Of a DNA stretch of 64,000 nt, positions 37,181-46,169 are shown one piece after another. This DNA is from Dehalococcoidia bacterium (GTDB lineage: Bacteria > Chloroflexota > Dehalococcoidia > Lucifugimonadales > UBA3495): the NCBI GenBank assembly GCA_022823505.1, contig JAJEIA010000034.1, forward strand, positions 15,492 to 79,491, in the 5' to 3' direction. The position numbers and the translations under genes are program-made. Each line of letters starts with the position of its first letter. Positions within the stretch are counted from its first letter, which is position 1. The notes beneath the pieces were generated by a model. That model was not told where the DNA came from. It searched no databases and saw nothing but the letters and a program-made list of their open reading frames with translations.

Positions 37181-37189
37181 TGGTATACT
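37181..37189 (+). promoter_or_regulatory. Extended -10 element (TGGTATACT) upstream of leuS
   Basis: TGnTATACT at 37181-37189. The identical 9-mer recurs upstream of the aldolase gene at 48987-48995. Confidence 0.3.
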
Positions 37190-37308
37190 GGCAGCCGCCG
37201 CGGGGACCCATAATGATGCGTGTGCTATATTGAGGGTCGCCAGACGTACGTTTGCTGGGCGCCTTCGCCGCTGCCGCCCGCGCCCACTATATTGAGGGTT
37301 GCCTTTTT

Positions 37309-39786
37309 ATGACCACAGCCCAGCGTCAAGTTGAGCTCCGATTCGACGCGGTCGAGATTGACCGCAAGTGGCAGGAGCGGTGGGAACGCGACGGGATCTA
37401 TCGGGTGGACGACAACGACCCCCGCCCGAAGTGGTTCGAAATGACCATGTATCCGTACCCGTCGGGCGACCTGCACATCGGTCACTGGTACGCCATGGCG
37501 CCGTCGGACGCTCACGCCCGGTTCCGCCGCATGCAGGGCTACAACGTGCTGCATCCCATCGGCTTTGACGCCTTCGGCCTGCCCGCCGAAAACGCGGCCA
37601 TTTCCCGCGGTATCCACCCCTACGAATGGACCATGTCCAACGTGGAGAACATGCGTCGGCAGCTCCGTTCCATCGGGGCGGTCTACGACTGGGACCGGGA
37701 AGTCGTCTGCTGCCTGCCGGAGTACTACCGCTGGAACCAGTGGTTTTTCATCAAGCTATACGAGCGCGGCCTGGCCTACCGGGAGAAGGCTCCCGTCGTG
37801 TGGTGTCCATCGTGCCAGACCGTGCTGGCCAACGAGCAGGTGCTCAACGGCGAGTGCGAGCGATGCGAAACGCCCATCACCCGCCGCGACTTCGAGCAGT
37901 GGTTCTTCCGCATCACGGACTACGCCGACGAGCTGCTGGACTTCGATACGCTGGAGGAGTGGCCGGACAAGATCCTCACCATGCAGCGGAATTGGATCGG
38001 CCGCAGCGAGGGCGTGGAGATCGGGTTTGACATATCCGATTACAACATCGAGGAGCGGGAGATACGCACCTTCACCACGCGCATCGACACCATATTCGGC
38101 GTGACGTTCCTCGTGTTGGCGCCGGAGCACCCCCTGGTGGCCAAACTCACGACGGAGGGTCGCCGGGCGGACGTCGAAGCCTACGTCGACCAGGCTCGCG
38201 CCGCTTCTGAAATCGACCGTCTGTCGGCCGACCGGGAAAAGACCGGCGTATTCATCGGGGCCTACGCGCGCAACCGTCTGAACAACGAGAAGGTGCCCAT
38301 CTACGTGGCCGACTATGTCCTGACCACCTACGGCACCGGCGCGGTGATGGGCGTTCCGGCCCACGACCACCGTGACTTTGATTTCGCGCGCAAGTACCGC
38401 CTGCCCATCCGCACCGTCATTGCTCCCATAACCTGGGACGGAAGCCCGCCCGAGGAAGCCTTCATCGGCGATGGGTTCATGACCGACTCCGGCGCGTACG
38501 AGGGCATGACCAACGAGGAGGGCATGGAGGCCATCGCGAATGACGTGGAACGACGGGGCTGGGGTCGCCGCGCCGTCACCTACCGCCTGCGCGACTGGCT
38601 CATTTCCCGGCAACGTTACTGGGGTACGCCCATCCCCATGGTCTATTGCGATCAGTGCGGGGTGCAGCCGGTGCCGGAGGCGGACCTGCCCGTGCTGCTG
38701 CCCGAAGACGCCGAGTTCCGGCCCACCGGGGAATCGCCGCTGGCCATCAACGAGTCCTTCGTGAACACGGAGTGCCCCAGGTGCGGAGGGCCGGGCCGGC
38801 GGGAAACCGACACCATGGACACCTTCATGGACTCGTCGTGGTACATGCTCCGCTACTGCACTCCGCAGTACGGAGACGGACCGTTTGAGCCGCAGGTGGC
38901 CTCCGACTGGATGCCCGTCCAGCAATACACCGGCGGCGCTGAGCACGCGGTGATGCACCTGCTATACAGCCGGTTCTTCATCAAGTCGCTGCGGGACATG
39001 GGCATGCTCGACATGGACGAGCCGTTCCTGCGCCTGTTCAACCAGGGGGTGATCCTGGGCAGCGACCACGAGAAGATGAGCAAGAGCCGCGGCAACGTCG
39101 TCAATCCCGACGACGTGGTCGGCCAGGTAGGCGCCGACGCGGTGCGCTGCTTCCTCATGTTCATCGGCCCCTGGGACCAGGGTGGGCCGTGGAGCGACGA
39201 GGGCATCAACGGCGTGGTCCGCTGGCTCAACCGCGCCTCTAACCTGGTGGAACACGACGCCGCGCAGTTGGACGACAGCGCCACCGACGCCGCGACGGTG
39301 CGCGAAACCCAGCGGATACTCCACCAGACCATCCGCAAGTGCTACGAAGACCTGGACAAGTTCAAGTTCAACACCACCATCGCCTCACTGATGGAACTGG
39401 TGAACCACCTGAGCCGGGTATGGAACGACGGCCCGGTGGACAGCACCACCTGGCGAGACTGCATCGAGAAGTTCCTGCTGATGCTCGCCCCCATCGCACC
39501 ACACGTGGCGGAAGAATGGTGGGAGCGAACCGGTCATGGCTACAGCATCCACCAGCAGCCCTTCCCCACTTGGGACGAAGAAATGGCGGCGGAGGACGAG
39601 CTCACTCTGGTGGTGCAGGTCAACGGCCGGCTCCGCGACCGGATCACGGTGCCCGCCAGCATCGGCGATGACGACGCCCGGGAACGCGCGCTGGAGAGCC
39701 CCCGGATCCAGTCCCACATCGACGGCAAGACCGTGCGCAACGTGGTGTACGTCCCGGGTCGGCTGGTCAACGTGGTGGTGGGGTAG
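37309..39786 (+). CDS. leuS: Leucine--tRNA ligase
   Basis: Class I HIGH motif (DLHIGHWY) and KMSKS (EKMSKSRGN). The total is about 825 aa from the ATG at 37309. The 19-codon upstream extension in the track starts at a TTG and looks unnecessary. Confidence 0.95.
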   Translation: MTTAQRQVELRFDAVEIDRKWQERWERDGIYRVDDNDPRPKWFEMTMYPYPSGDLHIGHWYAMAPSDAHARFRRMQGYNVLHPIGFDAFGLPAENAAISRGIHPYEWTMSNVENMRRQLRSIGAVYDWDREVVCCLPEYYRWNQWFFIKLYERGLAYREKAPVVWCPSCQTVLANEQVLNGECERCETPITRRDFEQWFFRITDYADELLDFDTLEEWPDKILTMQRNWIGRSEGVEIGFDISDYNIEEREIRTFTTRIDTIFGVTFLVLAPEHPLVAKLTTEGRRADVEAYVDQARAASEIDRLSADREKTGVFIGAYARNRLNNEKVPIYVADYVLTTYGTGAVMGVPAHDHRDFDFARKYRLPIRTVIAPITWDGSPPEEAFIGDGFMTDSGAYEGMTNEEGMEAIANDVERRGWGRRAVTYRLRDWLISRQRYWGTPIPMVYCDQCGVQPVPEADLPVLLPEDAEFRPTGESPLAINESFVNTECPRCGGPGRRETDTMDTFMDSSWYMLRYCTPQYGDGPFEPQVASDWMPVQQYTGGAEHAVMHLLYSRFFIKSLRDMGMLDMDEPFLRLFNQGVILGSDHEKMSKSRGNVVNPDDVVGQVGADAVRCFLMFIGPWDQGGPWSDEGINGVVRWLNRASNLVEHDAAQLDDSATDAATVRETQRILHQTIRKCYEDLDKFKFNTTIASLMELVNHLSRVWNDGPVDSTTWRDCIEKFLLMLAPIAPHVAEEWWERTGHGYSIHQQPFPTWDEEMAAEDELTLVVQVNGRLRDRITVPASIGDDDARERALESPRIQSHIDGKTVRNVVYVPGRLVNVVVG

Positions 39787-39798
39787 CGGAAGAACATT

Positions 39799-40155
39799 AT
39801 GGGCGAAGTTCGGACTATGTTGGGGATCTGGGCTGCTGACGGTTCAGAATTGCAGCACATAGACATGCGGGTCGATACCGGAGCTTCTTATAGCCAGCTT
39901 CCCGGCAAATTGCTGAGGGATCTGGGCTGGGTTCCCACATTTCCGCGACTCCTTGCCGACTTGGCCGATGGCACGCAAACGACAGTGGAATTGGGGGAAG
40001 TTCGCATCCACTACAACGGGGCAGACCTGACCCGCCTTTTCGTGTTCGGCGAGGACAATTGTCCGAAACTATTGGGCAGCGACACCTTGCAGGGGTTACG
40101 CTTGGGCGTGGATCCGGTCAATCACCGACTAATCAACGTAGCGGTCTATCGCTAA
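39799..40155 (+). CDS. Retropepsin-like single-lobe aspartic protease (paralogue P4)
   Basis: 118 aa. ...HIDMRVDTGASYSQLPGKLLRDLGW...LADGTQ...LLGSDTLQGLRLGVDPVNHRL. It starts 12 nt after the leuS stop. Confidence 0.7.
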   Translation: MGEVRTMLGIWAADGSELQHIDMRVDTGASYSQLPGKLLRDLGWVPTFPRLLADLADGTQTTVELGEVRIHYNGADLTRLFVFGEDNCPKLLGSDTLQGLRLGVDPVNHRLINVAVYR

Positions 40156-40284
40156 TCCACCCCGAAGTCAGCCACACAACGCGGTTTTTCCGACCGCCGT
40201 GATCCGCAAGTTTCGGAGCAATGCTGCGGAGCATGGCGATCAACCGCGATACGCTGCCGATGCATCACTGAGATATCTGACCCA

Positions 40285-40932
40285 ATGACCCTCGTTGAAA
40301 AATACGCCCTGCTCCCTGAGGAGATCGACCGCCAGAGCCTGGTGATGGTCGCTGACAGCCTGCGCGGCGACGAGGACGCCGCCAACCTGCCGGAAGCGGA
40401 GCGCTACGTGCTGCACCGTATCGTCCGCGCCGAGGGCGACCCTGAGATCGCCGCCGACGTGCGTTTCAGCGATGGCGCGGTGGACGCAGCGCTGGCTTCG
40501 CTGCGGGACGTACGACGCGTGGTCACCGACGTGCGCATGGTGCAGGTTGGTATCTCCCGGGCGGCCTTGGCCCGGCGTGGAGTGGAAACGGCGTGCCTCA
40601 TCGACGCGCCCGAGGTCGCGGAGCGCGCCCGCCGCGAGGGCACCACTCGCAGCGTCGCCGCCGTGCGCGAGTTGGCCCCGCAGATGGACGGAGCGGTGCT
40701 GGCCATCGGCAACGCGCCCACCGCCCTGCTGGCGCTGCTGGACCTGATCGACGAAGGCCAGGTGTCGCCGGCCGCCGTGATCGGGATGCCCGTGGGTTTC
40801 GTGGCCTGCCCCGAATCCAAAGCCGAACTGGCGGCGCGCAGTGTGCCGCATATCACCATACTGGGACGACGCGGGGGGAGCTCTGCCGCTGCTGCCACCG
40901 TGAACGCCCTGCTTGACCTGCTGGAGGACTGA
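40285..40932 (+). CDS. cbiC: Precorrin-8X / cobalt-precorrin-8 methylmutase
   Basis: 215 aa. ...VTDVRMV...LAIGNAPTALLALLDLI...VIGMPVGFV is the CobH/CbiC pattern. Confidence 0.9.
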   Translation: MTLVEKYALLPEEIDRQSLVMVADSLRGDEDAANLPEAERYVLHRIVRAEGDPEIAADVRFSDGAVDAALASLRDVRRVVTDVRMVQVGISRAALARRGVETACLIDAPEVAERARREGTTRSVAAVRELAPQMDGAVLAIGNAPTALLALLDLIDEGQVSPAAVIGMPVGFVACPESKAELAARSVPHITILGRRGGSSAAAATVNALLDLLED

Positions 40933-40938
40933 GCCCCA

Positions 40939-41829
40939 ATGGCCGATGCGAACGATGCCAACAACGGATCCGGAGGTTGGGGAGTTGTGCTGCTGTGCCA
41001 CGGCAGCCAGCGGGGCGCCAGTCGCGACGAGTGCTCGTGCGCCTGGGCCGCCGATGGCCCCCGGTTCCCGGCCTGGTGCCTGGGTTGTCCCAACACGCCG
41101 GTGGGTCTGCGCGACGCGGCCCGACGTCTAACCGATTCCCTGGGTGACGACGCAGAGCAGGTCATCGTGTCCTGCCTGGAGTTCCTGCCGCCACACCCGC
41201 CCGAAGCCGTTTCGATCCTGGCGGACGCTGGCCTGAACCGCGTGGTCATCGCCCCATACCTGCTGGGCAACGGGAAGCACGCAACCCTTGAGATGGACGA
41301 GGTGCTGGAGGACATCGCCGCACAAGCGCCCGGCGTGGAGGTCCGGCTGGCTGATGGCCTGGGGGCGGATATTCGCATCGCAGAACTGGTGCGCGAACGC
41401 ATCGCCGCCCTGCCCCAGGCGGTGCGGGAACCGGCCGACGGTGGCCCGGTGGGCATTTTGCTGGTCAAGGCCGGCACGCAGACGCGGTACGACGATTGCC
41501 TCTGGCTGAAAGAGCTGGGTGGATGGGTGGAACGCGATTTGGGAGCGGGCTACGTGGTGGAGGTCGCGCAGTCGCACTACGGCGATCCCACCATGGAGCA
41601 CGCCGCCGCCGAACTGGTCGACGCAAGGGGCGCCAGCAGCATCATCTGCGTGCCCTATGTTTTCTTCCCGGGGATGATCCTGCGGCGCAACGTGCTGGGC
41701 ACCATGCGCCGGCTCCAGGAAACTTACCCCGATGTCCCAATGTCGGTCGCGCCGCCGCTGGGAGTGGACGACCGGTTGGTCTCGGTGGCCCGGGATCGGG
41801 TGCGGGAAGCCCAGGCGCGGGCGGCCTGA
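40939..41829 (+). CDS. cbiX: Sirohydrochlorin cobaltochelatase, two-domain CbiX type
   Basis: VVLLCHGS...VVIAPYLLGNGKH in the first half and ILLVKAG...ICVPYVFFPG in the second half are duplicated CbiX lobes. Confidence 0.8.
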   Translation: MADANDANNGSGGWGVVLLCHGSQRGASRDECSCAWAADGPRFPAWCLGCPNTPVGLRDAARRLTDSLGDDAEQVIVSCLEFLPPHPPEAVSILADAGLNRVVIAPYLLGNGKHATLEMDEVLEDIAAQAPGVEVRLADGLGADIRIAELVRERIAALPQAVREPADGGPVGILLVKAGTQTRYDDCLWLKELGGWVERDLGAGYVVEVAQSHYGDPTMEHAAAELVDARGASSIICVPYVFFPGMILRRNVLGTMRRLQETYPDVPMSVAPPLGVDDRLVSVARDRVREAQARAA

Positions 41830-41885
41830 GATTCCGATGTGATACCATCAATGTGTCACCACCACGGGTCCAGGGAAGGTCTGCC

Positions 41886-42626
41886 ATGACCACCACAGCG
41901 TTTACATTCGCCATGTTGCCCTACGTCAAGCAGGGCGAGATCGATTACGCCGCTCTGGACTACAACCCCGATGATCCGGAGCCGATGCCCGACGCCATGG
42001 AGCAGGAATTCGTCGTAAGTGAAATCCTCGGCATAATGCACAGCCGGTTCACCGACTTCAAGACGCGCCCGGACGTTTTCCTCAGCAGCAACACCATTCT
42101 TTGCTACGACCCGACCAACCTCAACGTTCGTCGGCAGCCGGACATCTACCTGGCCTTCGGAGTTGACCAGGGAGCCATCCGTCGCCGCCGGATCTACCTG
42201 CCCTGGGAGGCCGGCAAGCCGCCGGACCTCGCCTTAGAGGTTGGCTCGGAGAGCACCGGCGCCGAGGACACCCGGGTGAAACCGGCCGTGTACGCTACCA
42301 TCGGCATCCCCGAGTACTGGCGGTTCGACCCCAGCGGCGGCGATCACCATGGGGAGCGTTTGTGGGGTGGGATGCTACGGGACGGGGAATATCAGCCGGT
42401 CGAATTGACCAGAGAACCCGACGGCGTACTGAAGGGTTACAGCGAGTTGATGGGGCTGTACCTCTGCTGGGATGACGGCTGGCCCAGGTTCTACGACCCT
42501 GACACCGGAACGTACTTGGAAAACTGGCGACAAATGCAGGCTACCATGGCAGCGGAACGGGCTGTTCTCGAAGCGGAGAACGAGCGCCTGCGCGAGTTGG
42601 TGCGCCGGCTGCAGGAAGGCGGATGA
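41886..42626 (+). CDS. Uma2-family (DUF820) endonuclease-like protein, copy 2, inserted in the cbi cluster
   Basis: ...PDIYLAFGV...PDLALEVGSESTGAEDTRVKPAVYATIGIPEYWRFDP... followed by a C-terminal coiled coil. The start is at the internal ATG 41886 of a longer spurious track ORF. Confidence 0.8.
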   Translation: MTTTAFTFAMLPYVKQGEIDYAALDYNPDDPEPMPDAMEQEFVVSEILGIMHSRFTDFKTRPDVFLSSNTILCYDPTNLNVRRQPDIYLAFGVDQGAIRRRRIYLPWEAGKPPDLALEVGSESTGAEDTRVKPAVYATIGIPEYWRFDPSGGDHHGERLWGGMLRDGEYQPVELTREPDGVLKGYSELMGLYLCWDDGWPRFYDPDTGTYLENWRQMQATMAAERAVLEAENERLRELVRRLQEGG

Positions 42627-42678
42627 GCGACCGGAACGAGCCTGCGCTCAGTGGCTGCTCGGCATAACAGTGGACCCT

Positions 42679-43908
42679 ATGACGATCCCAGACCAAAATA
42701 GCGACGCTGAGCGTCCCGAAAGCGACTACTCGCGCCCCACCAAGCGCGACCCCCGCGGGATGCGCACCGGCTACACCACCGGCACCACGGCAGCGGTGGC
42801 AGCCAAGGCGGCGGTAATCCTGATGCTGTCCGGCAAGGCCCCCGACGAAGTATCCGTGCCGCTGCCCGGAGGAACGGGCCGGGCGACCCTCAAAGTACAC
42901 AACAGCTGGGCGATGCAGCCGGAAGAAGGCGTCCGCTGCTCCGCCATCAAGGACGGCGGCGACGACCCCGACGTCACCCACGGCGCAGAGATAGTCGTGG
43001 GCGTCTGGCGCCTGCCCGACGGCATCAAGGGGTTGAATATCACCGGCGGCCCGGGCGTGGGTACGGTCACGCGGCCCGGCACCGGCATCGAGGTCGGCGA
43101 GCCGGCCGTCACGCGCGTCCCGCGTCGCATGATGGCGGAGGCCGTGGCCGAAGGTCTCGTGGAATGCGGCTGGCCGGCCGATACCGGCGTCCGCGCACGC
43201 GTCTCGGTGCCCAACGGCGAGGAGATCGCCAAGCAGACCACCAACGCCAGGCTGGGCGTGCTGAACGGCATCAGCATCCTGGGAAGCACCGGCGTCGTGC
43301 AGCCCTTCAGCACGGCGGCGTGGCGCGCCAGCGTCCACCTGGCCATCGACGTTGCCGCCGCCAACGGTCTTGATCACCTGGTGCTCTCCACCGGCACCCG
43401 CAGCGAGGAGTACACCCGCCAGTTGCTGGACCTGCCCGACATGGCCTACATCGAAGCCGGCATATTCTCGGGCCCTTCCATGAAGCGCTGTGTCAACAAG
43501 GGCATCAAGCGCGTGGCCCACGTGGGAATGGTGGGCAAGTTCTCCAAGATGGCCATGGGCTACTTCGTAACCCACGTTGCCGGCAACCAGGTCGATACCG
43601 GCTTCCTGGCCGGCCTGGCTGGACAGTGCGGCGCGTCCGCCGAGTTGCAGGCCGAAATGGCCGATGCCGCCAGCGGCCGGCATTTCCAGGAACTGGCCCA
43701 GGAGCATGACGTCATGGGGGTGTTCCCCCTGATGTGCCAGATGGTGTGCTCGGAAGCGCAGAAGTATCTTGGCGACGGCGGCGACGCGATCATCGTCGAC
43801 GCCCTGTGCTTCGACTTTGAGGGCAACCTGCTGGGGTCGGCGAGCACGTCGCCTGACGGCATACCCATGCGTTCCCCATCCACAGTGGTGGTCGATGGTC
43901 AGGGCTGA
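42679..43908 (+). CDS. cbiD: Cobalt-precorrin-5B (C1)-methyltransferase
   Basis: ...GMRTGYTTGTTAAVAAKAA...DGGDDPDVTHG...GISILGSTGVV is the CbiD signature. Confidence 0.9.
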   Translation: MTIPDQNSDAERPESDYSRPTKRDPRGMRTGYTTGTTAAVAAKAAVILMLSGKAPDEVSVPLPGGTGRATLKVHNSWAMQPEEGVRCSAIKDGGDDPDVTHGAEIVVGVWRLPDGIKGLNITGGPGVGTVTRPGTGIEVGEPAVTRVPRRMMAEAVAEGLVECGWPADTGVRARVSVPNGEEIAKQTTNARLGVLNGISILGSTGVVQPFSTAAWRASVHLAIDVAAANGLDHLVLSTGTRSEEYTRQLLDLPDMAYIEAGIFSGPSMKRCVNKGIKRVAHVGMVGKFSKMAMGYFVTHVAGNQVDTGFLAGLAGQCGASAELQAEMADAASGRHFQELAQEHDVMGVFPLMCQMVCSEAQKYLGDGGDAIIVDALCFDFEGNLLGSASTSPDGIPMRSPSTVVVDGQG

Positions 43909-44521
43909 TCCCACGGTGGAAACCGCGCCGGCCGTCAGTCGGGCGTTGGGCTTGTCGGACGACGCGTTCGCGCAGCGCCGCCCGGTGCGGGGCCAGATCA
44001 CCAAGTCCGAGGTACGTGCGGTGAGTCTGTACGCCCTGCAACTGCGCCCTGACAGCCTCGTCTGGGACATCGGGGCGGGGACCGGCTCCGTTGCCGTGGA
44101 AGCGGCGCGTATCGCTCATCGTGGCTGCGTCTACGCGATCGACAAGGACGCTGGCAGCGCGGACCTGCTGCATGCCAACGTGGCCCGCTACGGCGAGGGC
44201 CGCGTTTCGGTGGTCATCGGAGCGGCCCCTGACGCCCTGGGAGCGCTGCCCGATCCGGACGCCGTGTTCATCGGAGGCGGTGGGGCCGCCATGCCGGAGA
44301 TACTGGACACCGTACTGCTCCGCTTGCGCTCGGCGGGACGAGTCGTGGCCAACTTCGCCGCCATGGAGCGGGCCAACGACACCTACCGTGCCCTGCGGGT
44401 CGCCGGCATGTCACCGGAAATGACCGTTGTATCCGCGGCGCGCGGGCGGGAATTGCCCGATGGCGCGTTGCGGCTCGAAGCCATGAACCCGGTATTCATC
44501 GTCTGGGGACAGAAGGAATGA
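43895..44521 (+). CDS. cbiT: Cobalt-precorrin-6B C15-methyltransferase (decarboxylating)
   Basis: ...GQITKSEVRAVSLYALQLRPDSLVWDIGAGTGSVAVEAA... is a SAM-MTase pattern typical of CbiT. It overlaps the cbiD 3' end. Confidence 0.85.
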   Translation: MVRADPTVETAPAVSRALGLSDDAFAQRRPVRGQITKSEVRAVSLYALQLRPDSLVWDIGAGTGSVAVEAARIAHRGCVYAIDKDAGSADLLHANVARYGEGRVSVVIGAAPDALGALPDPDAVFIGGGGAAMPEILDTVLLRLRSAGRVVANFAAMERANDTYRALRVAGMSPEMTVVSAARGRELPDGALRLEAMNPVFIVWGQKE

Positions 44522-45234
44522 CCACAGACTCTCAGCAGGGACGACTCTACGGCGTTGGCGTCGGGCCCGGCGACCCGGAATTGCTCACGGTGAAGGCGCA
44601 GCGGGTGCTCCAATCCGTCCCCGTCATCTGGGTGCCCCAGGCTGGCATCAGTTCTGAGAGCTACGCCTACACTATCGTGAAGGGCATTATCGACGAATCC
44701 CGCCAGGAAGTCGTGCGCGCCAAGTTCCCCACCAACGATGAGGACGCCGCCGGCGAGGTCTGGCGACGAGCCGCCCGCGAGCTGGCCACCCGCCTGGAGG
44801 CCGGCAGCGACGTAGCCTTCATCACCGAGGGCGACCCGATGCTGTACAGCACCTTCGCCTACGTGCTGGAGACCATCCAGGAGGAATACCCGCACCTGCC
44901 GGTTGAAGTGGTTCCGGGAGTTTCCTCGGTCATGGCCGCGGCCGCTTCTGCAGCGGCGCCGCTGGTACACCATGGGCAGCGGTTGGCAATCCTGCCGGCG
45001 GTGTACGGCATCGACGATCTGCGGGAGGCCATTGCCCTCTACGACACCATCGTCCTGATGAAGGTCAACCGGACCCTGCTGGACGCGCTGGCAAACCTGG
45101 AGCGTTTGGGCCTATCCGGGCGCACCATCTACGTCCGCCGGGCGACCACCGAAAGCGAGCGGGTGGTGCGCAACATCCAGGAACTGTCCGCCGAGGACCT
45201 CGACTATTTCTCTCTTCTGATAATCCGGCGCTGA
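44518..45234 (+). CDS. cbiL: Precorrin-2 / cobalt-factor-II C20-methyltransferase
   Basis: GRLYGVGVGPGDPELLTVKA... is a tetrapyrrole methylase N-terminus. The size of 238 aa and the gene's position also fit CbiL/CobI. Confidence 0.85.
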   Translation: MTTDSQQGRLYGVGVGPGDPELLTVKAQRVLQSVPVIWVPQAGISSESYAYTIVKGIIDESRQEVVRAKFPTNDEDAAGEVWRRAARELATRLEAGSDVAFITEGDPMLYSTFAYVLETIQEEYPHLPVEVVPGVSSVMAAAASAAAPLVHHGQRLAILPAVYGIDDLREAIALYDTIVLMKVNRTLLDALANLERLGLSGRTIYVRRATTESERVVRNIQELSAEDLDYFSLLIIRR

Positions 45235-45263
45235 CGAGCCCCGACACCAAGGAGACGATCCAC

Positions 45264-46157
45264 ATGGCGAACGACGGCAAGGTCTACATCATCGGCGCCG
45301 GGCCCGGGGATCCGGAACTGCTCACCCTCAAGGCCAAGCGCATTATCGACGATGCCGATGTGATCATCTACGCCGATTCGCTGGTTCCGGAAGAGATCGC
45401 CGGGTTCGCCAAGCCTGGGGCGACGGTCTACGGCAGCAAGGAAATGGCGCTGCCTGAGATCATGCGGGTCACCCTGCAGGCCGTGTCCGAAGGCAAGACC
45501 GTGGCCCGCATACAGAGTGGCGACCCGTCACTGTATGGCGCGACCCTGGAACAGATGCGGATCCTGGAAAGCGAAGGAGTGGACTACGAGATCATCCCCG
45601 GCGTGAGCGCCGCGTTCGCCGCCGCCGCCGTCCTCAAGTCAGAGCTGACTGTACCCGAGGTCTCGCAGACGGTGATCATGACCCGAGCCGAGGGACGCGT
45701 GCCCATGCCCGAGGGAGAGGACCTGGTGGGCCTGGCCCGTCACGGAAGCACCCTGGTGATTTTCCTCAGCGTCACCCGAATGTTCCGCATCGCCAACCAG
45801 CTCCAGGAGGCGGGATACCCTGCCGACACGCCGGTCGCCGTAGCCTACCGCGTCGGCTGGCCCGACGAGCAGATCATCCGTGGAACCCTCACCGACATCG
45901 CGCAGAAGGTCCGCGACGCCAAGATCACGCTGCAGGCGCTGATCATCGTCGGCAAGGCAGTGGATCCCAAGCTGCTGGATCCGGAAGCCGGTGAGAAGGT
46001 CGCGGTCTCCCACCTCTACTCGGACGAGTACACCCATCTCTACCGCCGGGCGGGACAGGGCGACCACGCCGACGCCGACCGGGCCGAACTCTACGAGGCC
46101 GGCGGTTACGAAGTCCAACCGGAACGCGCGGCCCATACCTCGGCCGGCGACGACTAA
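45264..46157 (+). CDS. cbiF: Precorrin-4 / cobalt-precorrin-4 C11-methyltransferase
   Basis: GKVYIIGAGPGDPELLTLKAKRIIDDADVIIYADSLV... is the CbiF/CobM pattern. Confidence 0.9.
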   Translation: MANDGKVYIIGAGPGDPELLTLKAKRIIDDADVIIYADSLVPEEIAGFAKPGATVYGSKEMALPEIMRVTLQAVSEGKTVARIQSGDPSLYGATLEQMRILESEGVDYEIIPGVSAAFAAAAVLKSELTVPEVSQTVIMTRAEGRVPMPEGEDLVGLARHGSTLVIFLSVTRMFRIANQLQEAGYPADTPVAVAYRVGWPDEQIIRGTLTDIAQKVRDAKITLQALIIVGKAVDPKLLDPEAGEKVAVSHLYSDEYTHLYRRAGQGDHADADRAELYEAGGYEVQPERAAHTSAGDD

Positions 46158-46169
46158 TCGCCCGTAGCC

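Noticed and set aside
37190-37308. Possible T-box leader upstream of leuS
   Set aside because: The leader is too short (about 120 nt), and there is no T-box consensus or specifier-loop architecture.
40156-40284. Possible cobalamin riboswitch upstream of cbiC
   Set aside because: There are no GCCACUG or B12-box-like cores, and the region is too short for the aptamer.
42541-44070. 509-aa minus-strand ORF
   Set aside because: It is antisense to cbiD/cbiT, which carry clear family motifs.
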